Source: Octopus sinensis
Taxonomy: Eukaryota
NCBI RefSeq assembly: GCF_006345805.1
Contig: NC_043013.1
Location: 14,570,001 to 14,634,000, forward strand
Reading direction: 5' to 3'
Length of the DNA stretch: 64,000 nt
Part shown: in pieces, positions 42,956 through 57,500 of the stretch
Numbering within the stretch: position 1 is the first letter of the stretch
Layout: every line of letters begins with the position of its first letter
Translations under genes and position numbers: made by a program
Notes under the pieces: generated by a model
Told to the model about the DNA's origin: nothing
The model's input: the letters and a program-made list of their open reading frames with translations, nothing else
The model's database searches: none

Positions 42956-45900
42956 GATTATAATCATAATCATCATCATCATCCCATGTGTATCCTGGTT
43001 TTTAAGAAAGGTACGGCATATCCCTGTGTTGTAAGAGGCAACTAAGAAACGTTGGCATCAGGAAAGGCATCAGTAAAATCAGTGCTTCAAGTTTCATCTC
43101 ATGCCAGCATAGAAAAGTGGCAATAAAAACAAAGTTGTTCTTGTTGATGACGTTGTTGTCATCATACAGCTGGTCTGTTACTGAACACAGGCTATTGCAG
43201 GTATGTTTGGGGCACATTCCAAAAGTAAACAGTTCTTGACACACAGATGGGTTTGGACAATAATTCAGTTTCTTAAAACAAACAAAAAAGTGAAAAAGAA
43301 AGCAATAGTTGTTATTTTTCTCTTAGGCACAGACATGGCTGTGCGGTAAGAAGCTTGCTTCCCAACCACATGGTTATAGGTTCAGTCCCACTGTGCAGCA
43401 CCTTGAGCAAGTGTGTTCCACTATAGCCTCAGGCCAACCAAAGCTCTGTCAGCGGATTTGGTAGATGGAAACTGAAAGAAGCCATCATCATCAATATCAT
43501 CGTTTAACATCCACTTTCCATGCTAGCATGGGTTGGACGATTTTGACTGAGGGTTGGCGAACCAGATGGCTGCACCAGGCTCCAATCTTGATTTGGCAGA
43601 GTTTCTACAGCTGGATGCCCTCCCTAACGCCAACCACTCCAAAAGTGTAGTGGGTGCTTTTTACGTGCTGTCAATTATATATCTATATATATATATATAT
43701 ATATATTTATGTGTGTTTTGGGAAGCAAGCTTACCACACAGCCATGCCTGTGACTATGTATGTGCCTAGAATCACAATCCTGCTTGAGGGTTGGATGGAG
43801 AGGTGGGGGAAGAATATCCAGCTTGTGAGAATGTTTCTGAGTTCAAATCCCATGAGAGTCAACTTACTTTTACATCTCTCTCAGGTTAGGGAACAAGGTA
43901 CCAGTAATATACTGGAACTGATTCACATTCTATTCCTTGCAATAACTAGTATTGGACCAAATGAAGAAATCTCTGTATATCTATATCCCTTTCTCTTTCT
44001 CTCTCACTCACAAACAGATACTCTTTTACTGGTTCAGTCATTTGACTGAAGTCATGTTGGAGCACTGCCTTAAAGAGTTTTAGTCAAAGAAATCAACCCC
44101 AGGACTTATTCTTTGTAAGCTTAGTACATATTCTATCAGTCTCTTTTGCCAAACCGCTAGGTTACAGGCGACATAAACACACCAGCATCAGTTGTCAAGC
44201 GATGTTGGAGGTAAGCTCCATGAGACTCCAGCAGGGGGTGGGGGGCGATCCCTGCTGTACTCTTTCGCCACAACATTCTCTCACTCTTTCTTCTGTTGGC
44301 CTGCTTGCTTAGCCAGCGGGGTGGCATCATTTGAAGGCTAAAACAATGCCAAGCGCATTGTGACCAGTGATGTGTAGCAACATCTGATAGCCTGGTTGGT
44401 CACGGTGATATATATATATATATAAATACGACAGGTCTCTTTCAGTTTCCGTCTATATATATATATATATATATATATTGTATTTCTTGTGTGTACAGTT
44501 AGATGTATGATTGCTGCTGATGAGTTTACAGCTCCACATACAATGTCATCTTCCAGTCTGCTGATTATGCTGTACAAAACAAATGTAGGAAGAATCATAT
44601 AAAACACAAGATGCAGTCTGTATCATTTGTTCCCAACATACATTTCACCACTGTAGTTATATGCATCTTCTGCAGTGGATGCTAAAAGTGCAGTTGGATT
44701 CTGAACTACGTGGCCGATGCCAGCGCCACCTCGACTGGCTTTTGTGCTGGTGGCATGTGACCTGCTGTGCTTGAGGAGACCTATTGAATCAAGTACATCA
44801 ACATCAAAATAAATATCAAATGGAAATTGCAGTCGTGATACCTGTGCCAGTGGCACATAAAAAGCACCATCCGAACGTGGCCGATGCCAGCGCCACCTTG
44901 ACTGGCTTCTGTGCCGGTGGCACATAAAAAGCACCAAACAATAGTGGTTGCTGCCAGCCTCCCCTGGCACCTATGCTGGTGGCACGTAAAAAGCACCCAC
45001 TACACTCACGGAGTGGTTGGTATTAGGAAGGGCATCCAGCTGTAGAAACACTGCCACATCAAACTGGAGCCTGGTGCAGCCTCCTGGCTTCCTAGACCCC
45101 GGTCAAAGCGTCAAACCCGTGCTAGCACAGAAAACGGACGTTAAACGATGATGATGATGATGATGAATCGTTCATTAGAGGAACGCTTTATTGCATTGTG
45201 TTACACAGATCAAATTCAATAAATAATGCTACATGTAATGTAACAATATGTTCACCTGATAAACTGTAGTGGTTTGGCATCGAATTGCACTTAGAACATT
45301 CACTACAGAGGAAGCAAATAATCACAATGGTGAAACGTGTGTAGGGAACAAATGATATGTACTACATATTGTGTTTGTTATAATTTTTCATATATATATA
45401 ATCAGAAAGATGCCCGTCTTACTTTATCCATGCCACTGTAAAATAAGCATGGTACTACCTTCAAACTAAGACAAAGTAATGTTCCTTTTATCTCAAAGAC
45501 ACAATACAATCACTTTTATAGCAGCATTTCAACCAATCTACAGTCCAACGTTTTAAACTTACAGCCAGTGATCTTGTATATATTTCAAAATAGCTACAGT
45601 ATGGACTGACACACACATGCTCTCTGTCTCTCTCTCTCTCTCTCTCCATGGTTTGCAATAGAACTGAACACATGAATATGTTAGTGAAAAATTAATATGA
45701 AGAAAGCAGAAATTATTTAGAAAAAAGAAAAGAGATACAGATGTTTTTTTTTACCTTATGGTCATCCACTTTACTATACTAAATATAAATAAAAATTTCA
45801 ATGAATTGGAATGAGAGAAATGAAAGTGAGAGAATTTAAAAGAAGCGCTATAAACAATTAATCAACTTTAATGTTATTAACCCTGTAAGGATGAAAGCAA

Positions 45901-46628
45901 AGTCAAACTCAATAGGATTTGAACTCAGAATGTAAAAGTTTGTATCTAAATACTACATGTTTTTTTATCCACCAGTCTACTGGTTCTACCTGTACATCGC
46001 TAAAGAGAAAAGATTGAATGAATTGTCGAAAGAACTTTCTGAGTAATTTAGACGTTAATTTGAGTTGAATGGAAATGGTGTGATGGAAACAATAAACAAA
46101 ATACTTTATAAACAAAGCAACAACAATGTTAATGAAATATTAAACGATAGTATATTTTTATAAACAAAGGAAAATTTATAAGGATGAAAACATAGCTGAT
46201 AATTTGAATAAAATTAAAACAATGACATGTACATGTTGCACATAATAATAACAATACAAATGAAATTTTATGCAATAATTTGCTTGAAATTACAATGAAA
46301 AGTTTCAACAAAAGCAACACTTTGCTACGTTTTGTACATACAACTCAAGCATTTTTTTAAAAAATCATATTGCTGTTATAGTAACAAATATGCTTGCTGC
46401 CTTTCATTGTACATGTATGTGTGTAGTGCATATGTATTTATAGTTGTACAACCATATACATACATACATACATATATATAACAAAACTGTCCAACGAACG
46501 GGAACGTGAAACGCCAAGTAACAGCTTCTGTTAAATTTCTGCTGCTTTTAAATAAAGCATATTACTCTACCTCTGGTATTTGAGTGCTCTTTTTTCCACC
46601 TTGTTTCACATTTATGTGTTTACTCCGG

Positions 46629-46662
<34 letters not shown>

Positions 46663-46681
46663 CATACATACATGCATACAT

Positions 46682-46736
<55 letters not shown>

Positions 46737-46850
46737 CACAAAGATTTGTATGTAAAAGTGTCTGTTAATTGCAAACACAGCTGATGTTATGCAGACAAAA
46801 AGATTGAATGAGGGGGTGGAAGAGAAAGGGAGAGAGAGAGAGAAAGAGAG

Positions 46851-46900
<50 letters not shown>

Positions 46901-48244
46901 AAGAGAGAGAGAGAAAGAGAGAGAGAATGCTTAAGAGAAACAGATGGCAAGACTGATATCCTTAGATCAAGCAAACTGCAAGATTTTTTTCATTATTATA
47001 TTTTACTGGTAAATAAAATCAGAGATTTAAGTAGCACACCTAACCATAACCAGACATCTGTCTCACTAACAATGTAGCAGTTTCTAGACATCATACCACT
47101 ACATCTTATGCATCACCCACACTCTATACACACTACAGACTCTACAGTAACATACCTATTTCTTGACTACCCACATGGGGCTAAACACAGAGAGGACAAA
47201 CAAGGACAGACAAAGGGATTAAGTAGATTATATCGACCCCAGTGCATAACTGGTACTTATTTAATCGACCCCGAAAGGATGAAAGGCAAAGTCGACCTCG
47301 GCGGAATTTGAATTCAGAACGTAGCTCAGACGAAATACGGCTACGCATTTCGCCTGGCATGCTAACGTTTCTGCCAGCTCACCACCTACAGTAACATACC
47401 GGTCATACTACCGATACCATACTATACACAATATGTACACTACACAACTGTGTCTGCTATGCTAACAACCCTATGCTCTCAAAAGGTACATTTTGATGCC
47501 AACAAACATTAGAGCTTCTGGAAACGGACTATTGAATAGACATGACTGAAGGGGTCACTAGATATAGAAATCTTCAGGTGGGATCAGATAAAAGACTTAA
47601 AGGGGCTGGCCAGGGTCAGATGCCCCCCAACCAGACCTACTACCACCACTTAGATCAGTTGATGGTGTGTGTGTGTGAAAGAGTTAAGCCAATGGTAACA
47701 GATATAAGTATACAAGATATGACACTTCTCTACTGTTAAATGAACAAGGCATCTTAGTTTAGCCCTGATCAAAGGCATTCCAGCTGTGACCACTCTGTCA
47801 TTTATTTATTTATTTATTTGCATTGGTCAGTTTGATGTGGACACATCTGATGAGAGCGCAATAAAGTTTGAAAATTGACTAAGGCTGTTCATCACTTTAA
47901 AGGCGTAGGAGTGGCTGTTTGCTTACAAACCACATGGTTCCGGGCTCAGTCCCACTGCATGGCACCTTGGGCAAGTGTCTTCTACTATAGCCTAGGGCCG
48001 ACCAAAGCCTTGTGAGTGGATTTGGTAGATGGAAACTGAAAGAAGTCCGTCGTGTATGTGTGTGTGCACGCGTCTGTGTTTGTCCCCCCAACATAATTTT
48101 GACAACCAATGCTGGTGTGTTCACATCCCCATAACTTAGCGGTTCAGCAAAAGAGACTGATAGAATAAGTACTAGGCTGGGGTCAATTTGCTCGACTAAA
48201 GGCGGTGCTCCAGCATGGCCACAGTCAAATGACTGAAACAAGTA

Positions 48245-48282
<38 letters not shown>

Positions 48283-48625
48283 AAACAGAGTTATTAGTGA
48301 GGGATAAACAATCCGGGCAAAATACTTTATAAGCTCTCTGCTTGTACAATAGACTAACAATATTGTTTAGATTAGTTAAAAAAAAAAAAACTCAGCATAT
48401 TCTCATGGCAGAGTCCAAGGTTGTAGTTCATCACCATTCTATATTGTAAATCAGAAATGGCTCTGATGAAAGTAGCATTAATTTTTTAGGCTGCTCAATA
48501 TTTCTCAACTGGGCTGATTGCAAAACCCTATCAATAATAAACCTACAATGACTACTGGAAACAGCTGTAAGTCAAATTTCTAACAATAAAGAAAAATATG
48601 TAATGACCATTATTTATACCATGTC

Positions 48626-48679
<54 letters not shown>

Positions 48680-49752
48680 ATACATACACACACACAGAGA
48701 TACATTACATATATACATACATACATTAAAGACAGACAAACATATATAATCATCGCAAGCTATCGATGGGTTCTATCAGAAATAGCAGCCAAATTTCCCT
48801 CATGTTACTCCTAAGTGTTATAATTATTGGACAAAATGCTTAGTAACACTTCCTCTGATGATTTATGTTCTGAGTTCAAATCCCGCCAAGGTCAACTTTC
48901 TTTTCATCCTTTCAGAGATGATAAAATAAGCAGTGAAGTCAATGAAATTGACCAAGCCCCTTCCTCCAAAATTGCTGGCCTTGTGCCAAAATTGGAAACC
49001 ATTATCAACTTGGTATAATCATTAGCATGTTGGTCTTTTATGTTCTAAGTTCAAATCCCACCGATATTAACTTTGTCATTGATCCTTTCAGTGTCAATAA
49101 AATAAAGCGCTAATTAAGTACTTGAGTTGATGTAAACAATTAATCTTCCTCCTGCTAAAATTGCTGGCCTTGTGCCAAAATTTGAAACTATCATCATCAT
49201 CATCATCTACATACAGTACCAGGGAGGTTGTCAGATCCCTCACAACCCTATCCTCCTCTGGTCATTCTGCAGCTACTTTACAGAGTGCTTTGGGTGCATT
49301 TTATCACAGCACCAGCACTAGTGAGGTGACTTTGTACCTTGCAAAGCAAAAAAGTCCTCACAACTCAAAACTATGTGACCAATATAGTGCACTGAAAAGA
49401 AAGTGAGTGCAATTAGGATTAGATGAAGACAAATGCATGAGCATGAAGTGGGGAAACAGAATGAGTGGGATAATTATATTATGGAAGAGGGTGGGGTCAT
49501 ATCATGAATTAGGGTGAGATGGAGAAAGACGCATGAGTGTGAAGGAGGAAAGAGGATGAAAGCAACATGTTTCCTGGTGAGAGATGGGTTGTAGGGAGGA
49601 GGAATGTGAGGGAGAGAGAGGAGAGAGAAGGGAAGAGGAAAGAGAGAGGGAGGGAGAGAATGAGATGGGGAGGGAGCGAGGGAGGGAGATGAATGGAAGC
49701 TTCATGTTTGCTGGTTGAGAAAAACAGACAGAGACAAAACAAAGGAGAAAGA

Positions 49753-49798
<46 letters not shown>

Positions 49799-52700
49799 AA
49801 CTGATGGGTAATTATGAAAACATTCATAGAGTGAAAGGAATGGTGACTAAAAATATACAAAAGTGAAAGGAGGGAGTGAGACAGCACTGAGACGGAGAGT
49901 CGGGATATTAATGGCAAGGGAGAGATGTCAATGAAGGAGTGACCTGAGGGAAAGGAAAGGATGACATGGTGCCATCAATTAAATGAATTTATGTATGCAA
50001 TTAATTGTACTAATTACTGCCATTCCTTGAAATTAAGACAATAACATGCAAACGAGAAACTATTTTTAATGAACCTATCTAATACATTTCTGTCACCTGC
50101 AAATTGAATGATTAAGCAAAGAGAATGAATTGTGAAACATGATGTGGGATTGATTTATAAAGTCATATTTTGGGATGAAGCAACTGGGTCAGCCCTGATT
50201 AAAGGTATTCCAGACATGACCATCCTTTTTTATTTTATTCAGGCATAATTACCAATGGAACAAAAAGGCTGTAGAAGGAGACGCAGAGGTACCAATGATC
50301 AACTTTTGATAGACAAAACGGTAATGCAAGATTGTAAACGAAGGAGAACAAATCTGGGAATGGCCTGGATTGACTATCACAAAGCTTAGGATATGATTCC
50401 ACATTCGTGGATCATCAAGTGCTTAGATCTGTTTGGAATTGTGAAGAATGTAACATGTTTCCTGAAGAGAAGTGTGGTGGGATGGAAAACTGAACTGACA
50501 TCTTGTAGAAAAAGCTTGGGCACCCTGGGTATCAGAAGCAGGATTTTCCAGGGTGATAGCCTATCCCCGTTGCTTTTTGTTCTCTCCATGATACCCCTGA
50601 CCTTGGTACTTAAGAAAATGAATCTGGGATACCAACTAAAGGAAAAATCTCAAACAATCAACCACTTCCTCTTCATGGATGATCTGAAACTGCATGGTAA
50701 GGATGAGACACAAGTAAGTTCCTTGGTGAACACAGTCCACTGTTTTAGCACTGAAATTAGAATGGAATTTGGGACTCAAGTTGTTGCCCTTTATCCCCAG
50801 GTCGGTCCTGATCCAGCAGACCTATGTTCAAATATGTTCCAATTCAGACCATCCTGTCTTTTCGCTAAGACAATTTATCTAGGACTACATTATCCAAGAT
50901 AACCTTCTTTTCCCTCTTAGTAGATTTAGCTGCTATTTTTAGTCAGTCAAGAGATCATATGGAGGCTTCCTCATTAGCTTGACTAATTGGGTCAAATAAA
51001 TGACATCACTAAATTACAATAATTCCTTCATATTTTATGGGATTGTTTCAAGCCTGTAACAGAAAACTGCATTTAAAAATCAGCAATTTGTAAGTCAGTC
51101 ACAAGAACACGGATTTTCAAGGAAGGAAAGCCATAGATAATTAAACTAACCCAGATATTTGACTGATACATTATTTTATCAAGCCCAGAAAGGATGGATA
51201 GCGCAAATAAACACTTGAAAGACTATAATTAATTACATTAGAGGAATGTCATTTAATACCTGAAAGTCTATAATTCAGTAACACAGAGCATTTTGCCCAG
51301 TTTTTGCTCTTCCAATTCTACCAACTACAACTCACCATACAGCAGTAAGTCTTCCTACTTTATGGTATCAGCCAATAACATATCCCAACCCCATGTGATA
51401 AATTAAAACCTTATCAACCAGCAGGCCCCACCATCACCACCACTTGATAAACTTAAAACCCTGTCAACCAGTGATCCCTTACTTGATAAATCAATCCTTA
51501 ACAAACAGTTCTCTCGCCCCATTAGGCAAACTAAAATCATTTTAATGACTCGCTCTTTAATTGATAAACTAACCCCCTACAAACCACTAACACCCCAGCA
51601 CCACCTGGCAAAGTTAAGACTCTTCACCTAACAAACAACCCTTCTTTCAGCTAGTGATAACCCTCACTTAAACTAAGACCCTATCAACTCCTAACCCCCT
51701 CACTTGAAAAACCAACCCCCAAACAACCAATGACTACCTGCCACTAAATAAACCAACTCCCTATCAACAGCTCACTCCTCAATTGATAAACCAACCCCCT
51801 AACAACCAGTGACCACTTTCACTTAACAAACCAAAACCCTATCAATAACTGACCCCTCAATTGATAAACCGAGCCCCTAACAACCAGTGACCGCCTCCAC
51901 TTAACAAACCAAGACCCTATCAACAAATTGAAAAGCCAACCCCTAATAACCAGTGGTTCCTTCACTTTGCCAGCCAACTCCCTATGAATAGACCAGTTTT
52001 GACTAAGTTCCATTGAATGTATCCTTTGTTTTTTTTTTCAGAGAGATACTTAATTAGGGGGGTATTTAACTACTATTTCCAACAAGAGTAGTGAACCCTT
52101 AGAAGCTCCCATTTATATCACATTTTTTTCAGGTATGGTTAACCTGCGATTGCAATATCCAATAGAATTTTATTCCTTCTTTGAAGATATCAAAATGTAA
52201 TTCGAGGGTGATTAGGTGCTATTTCTAGCAGGTTAAGTGAGCACATAGTAGCTCCCTCATATATCATATATATTTTTCTAGCATGGTCTACCTAAGATTG
52301 CAATATCCAATAGTATAACCTTCCTTTTTTAGCATTCAGATTACTCTGTCAAATGTAATGCTTACTTATTCACATTGTTTTGAATTAACTACGCACATTC
52401 TCATAGCTTCAAAATAACAATGATGTGATTGTTTATTTCAAGAAAAAATATTGTAGGCTTGGTAAGAGAGGCCAGATCTGGCCAGTTCGAACATAAAACA
52501 CGAAGGATATTTGGGCCTGATATGGTCAGTTTAAATGTTAAAGGGTTAAGATATGCAAATGTGATTTGAGGGATATTCGGTGCTATTTCTAACAGGTTGG
52601 GTGAACACATACAGGCTGCCTCATATAGCATAGATATTTTTCTGGCACTGTCTACCTCGGATTGCAACATCCAATTCTTCAGTCTCTGTCTCCTTCACAA

Positions 52701-52934
52701 CACTACAAATACATTAAAAGAGGACTGTTTTACCTGTTGGTTAACTAATGCGGCCACTTCATCCGTTTCTGTGATGTTTTCAGGGTAAATTGGGTCCCCA
52801 TGGTACAAGTCCACACAGCTGAAATAACAACAGACAATAACAGCTACAGGAGATAACAAAACACTCTGGCAAGTCATAAATATAAGGTTCAAATTCCATC
52901 GATCCACCTGCTGTTCACTTTATTATTATTATTA

Positions 52935-52965
<31 letters not shown>

Positions 52966-53509
52966 GATGATGATGATGATGATGAGGGCAGACGTTGTAC
53001 GATGATGATGATATATACATATATATATATGATAGGCTTATTTCAGTTTCTGTTAATGAAATCCATTCACAAGACTTTGGTCAACCTGAACCAAAACCCA
53101 TGTGGTTGGGAAGCAAGCAAACTTCTTAGCCACACAGCTCTGCCTGTATCTACAGATGATTATAATGTCTAATATCATTTATATTCAAAACCTTAGTCAC
53201 CCTTTTCTTTTTCAGGCATTTGGAATATTGGATGTAACCTTTGTTTTTTTTGTGGGGGGGATATTTCTTTTGAAAGAGAAAACAATGTAATTTGAGGGAT
53301 ATTTAGCTGCTATTTCTAGCAATATGAATGAACACATAGAAGCTCCCTCATTGTATCATAGTTTCTGGCATGGTCTATCTAGGACTGCAATATCCAATAC
53401 AATACCCTTTTTTTTGTTGTTGTTGTTGTTAAGATAGGAAAATGTAATTTGAGGGAGAATGGGTGCTAATTCTAGCAGGTGGAAAGGACAATCAGAAGCT
53501 CCCTCATAT

Positions 53510-53548
<39 letters not shown>

Positions 53549-54270
53549 ATTACAGATATAGGGTGAAATATAATTAATTTAATAAAATCAACAAATTTCA
53601 CCTAGTAGTATTTCGGTATGGAAAAGGACCATATTTTTTCTTCTTTTTTGCCATATGTGAGTTACAAATATTGTTGTCTGTGGAGACTTATTTTTGTAGT
53701 AAAAGGAAATAGTAGTCTTTTGGCTGCTATTTCTAAAATTTTCGGTATGTGGTTTAAGCAACTTGTTGCAAAAAACCCTTATTATTATAATTATATATAT
53801 ATATATATATATATTCAGCCTTGCCTGGCCTCCGTGCCGGTGGCACGTAAAAAGCACCATCCGAGCGTGGCCATTCGCCAGCCTCGTCTGGCACCTGTGT
53901 CGGTGGCACATAAAAAGCACCCACTACACTCACGGAGTGGTTGGCATTAGGAAGGGTATCCAGCTGTAGAAACGCTGCCAGATCAGACTGGGCCTGGTGC
54001 CGCCTTCGGGCTTCCCAGACCCCTGTAGAACTGTCCGACCCATGCTAGCATGGAAAGCGGACGTTAAACGATGATGATGATGATGATGATGATGATAAAT
54101 TCAAAATGTCAGCAAGAGAATCAAAACTCACCAGCCTTTTTCAAAGTACATAAACTTGATCTTTTCAACAAACACATGGTTATAAGAATCCTGGAAAATG
54201 AAATAGAAAATACAAGTTAGCGTGATTGAGAGAAGGGGGCTGAGACGGAGAGAGGGGAGGGACAGAGAAT

Positions 54271-54301
<31 letters not shown>

Positions 54302-54548
54302 ACTATTACCATTCTTTTATTTGTTTCAGTCATTAGACTGCGGCCATGCTGGGACACCACCTTGAAGAATTTTTAATCAAATGTTTCAATTCCAGAATTT
54401 AATTTTTTTAAAGCATGACACTTATTCAATTGGTCTCTTTTGTAGAACCACTAAGTGACAGCAACACTTACACTCTAGCTTGAGTTGTCAAGCAGTAGTG
54501 GGAGGGGGAAACAAACCCAAACAAACACACACACACACACACACACGT

Positions 54549-54599
<51 letters not shown>

Positions 54600-57500
54600 A
54601 GCACCATCCGTACGTGGCAGATGCCAGCGCTGCCTTGACTGGCTTCCATGCCGGTGACACGTAAAAAGCACCAACTGATCATGGTCATTGCCAGCCTACC
54701 CTGGCATGTAAAAACCACCATCCGTACATGGCCGATGCCAGCGCCGCTTTGACTGGCTTCCATGTAGGTGGCACATAAAAACCACCAACTGATCGTAGCT
54801 GTTGCCAGCCTCCCCTGGCACCTGAGCCGGTGGCACATAAAAAGCACCCACTACAATCACGGAGTGGTTGGCATTAGGAAGGGCATCCAGCTGTAGAAAC
54901 ACTGCCAGATCAGACTGGAGCCTGGTACAGCCTCCTGGCTTCCCAGACCCCCGGTCGAACCGTCCAACCCATGCTAGCATGGAAAACGGATGTTAAACGA
55001 TGATGATGATGATATATATATATATATATATATACATATATACAACAGGCTTCTTTCAGTTTCTATCTACCAAATCCACTCACAAGGCATTAGTTACCTG
55101 AGACTATAATAGAAGACACTTGCCCAAGGTGCCACTCAGTGGGACTGAACCTTAAACCATGGTTGTTGGGAAGCAAGCTTCTTACCCCATAGCTACATAC
55201 ACAGGAGGCATTTTTCCGTTTCCATCAAACAAATCCATTCACAAAACTTTGGTCGGCTTGGGGCTATAATAGAAGACATTTGCCTAAGGTGCCACACAGT
55301 GGAACTGAACCTGAAACCATGTCATTGGAAAGTGAACTAATCATATAGCCATGCCTATACACAAACACACAAACACACACATATATATTGTGCGTGCATA
55401 CTTCTGTTGTGTGGGAATTTATACTGAGTTAGTAGCAGACATGCCAATGTGGAATTACCAACTAATTATAGAATGTGTTCAAAATTACCCCTACTTTTTT
55501 CTGCACACTAAATACACATTGAGAGATGATTTACCCAGCCCTTCTAAACTAAGTTTCAAACTGTTATGTTAACCCTTTGATAAAGCAAGCCAACCTGAGA
55601 CCACCCCCATTTCTATTTTACAAAGTCGTGATTTTAATGTGATCTAAATTTAAAACTTTCACTTAAAATTACATGATAATTTATGTCCCAAATACCAGCT
55701 TACTAAGACAAGGTTATTTTAATAAAGTCTTCAGAATTTTAAAAATCATACTGGTGTCACACAACCGGCACCCATGCTGGTGACACATAAAAGCACCCAT
55801 TACACTCTTGGAGTGGTTGACGTCAGGAAGGGCATCCAGACATAGAAACCATGCCATATCAGACTGGAGTCTGGTGCAGCCCCTCAGCTTACCAACCCTG
55901 GTCAAACCATCCAACCCATGCAAGCATGAACGATGGATATTAGATGATGATGATGATGATGAAATGAAATAAAAGCAGTGTATTTCAAGAGAAATATGAT
56001 AACAGAAGGGTTAAGGTTGTCTAAATTAAAGCCTTCCATCAATACTTCATGTTGTTTTCTATACCAAACACCAGCTTAACCCTTTCGTCACTGTATTTAA
56101 TATTGAGATGCTCTGTGTTACTTTCAATTACTTTAAATATAACAAAGAATTTAGTTATCATTCAGCTAGTGTTAGGAACATGAATTGAAACAAGGCTTGG
56201 TGGAAGATTTTAATTCAAAACTTATGAGAACAAGACATTTGCACTCAGAGCTAGAGCCGGTTTCAGTCGGGTTGGTAATGAAAGGGTTAATAAAAACAAA
56301 GGTGTTTTACTAAAGTTTTTCATGATTTTAAATATTATTTGAAAGAAAAACAGTGTATTTCAACAGATACATGGTAGCAAAATGGTTAATGTTTGCTTCA
56401 ATTTGTTGATATTACAAGGTTTGTAAGATGGTGAACTGCCAGATCATTAGCACACCGGCAAAATGTTTTGTGGCATTTTGTTCATATCTACGCTCTGAGT
56501 TCAAATTCTGCCAAGGTCAACTTTGTACCAGCTCAGTATGGATAAAATAAGTACCAGCACTAAGGTTGATGTAACTGGCTTGCTGAAAAATACCTTAGGA
56601 ATGAGAATCCAGGTTCAAAATTTTCCCAAGACACCTGAAGAAGGCTGGAGGGTATATCAGCCGAAACATTGTGTTAACAAACAAGATGAGGACAAATATT
56701 CGTCAAATGTAAATAATGTAAATAAAGTACAATATTATGAGGATTCTAAACCAAACATGTAACTTCTTATACACTAAACTATCTTCGCTTCATTAAATTT
56801 TGAAAATAATTAAGAATTTGGTAAAATTTGGTTATTATTAAAGCTGGTGTTAAGGTGACAAGCTGGCAGAATCATAAACACATGGGATGAAATGCTTTGC
56901 AGCATTGCTTCCAGCTTCACATTCTGAGTTCAAATCCTGCTGAGATCAACTTAACCTTTCACCCTTTTGCAGTTGATAAAATAAATGCCAGTGAAGTACT
57001 AGGGACAATGTAATCAACTAGCCACTCACCACCATCACCACCACCACTGCCCAAAAACTTTCAGGTTTTGTGCCCATAGTACAAAGAATTATAAAAGCTG
57101 GTGTCTTGAACATAAATTAACATGAAATTTTGAAATTTTGGCAGAAGGTTTTAATTTACATCATTTAGAGTTCAAATTACTCTGTCAAATGTAATGCTTA
57201 TTTATTCTGTGCTGGTGCCATGAAAAAACACCGTCCGAATGTGGCAGATGCCAGATAAAAATCAAATGGAAATTGTAGTTAAGACACCCGTGCTGGTGAC
57301 ATGTAAAAAGCACCATCCGAACATGGCCGATGCCAGCGCCGCCTGACTGGTGTCTGTGTCGGTGACACATAAAAGCACCAACCAATCGTGGCCATTTGCC
57401 AGCCTGCTCTGGCCCCTGTGCCGGTGGCATGTAAAAAACACTCCTACACTCACAGAGTGGTTGGCGTTAGGAAGCTGTAGAAACACTGCCAAATCAGACC

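Noticed and set aside
45562-45592. Candidate exon [10 protein letters not shown] with a GTAAGT donor
   Set aside because: Poor acceptor tract, phase 2-0 does not fit between exons c and d, and the true RYF exon is at 34842-34921
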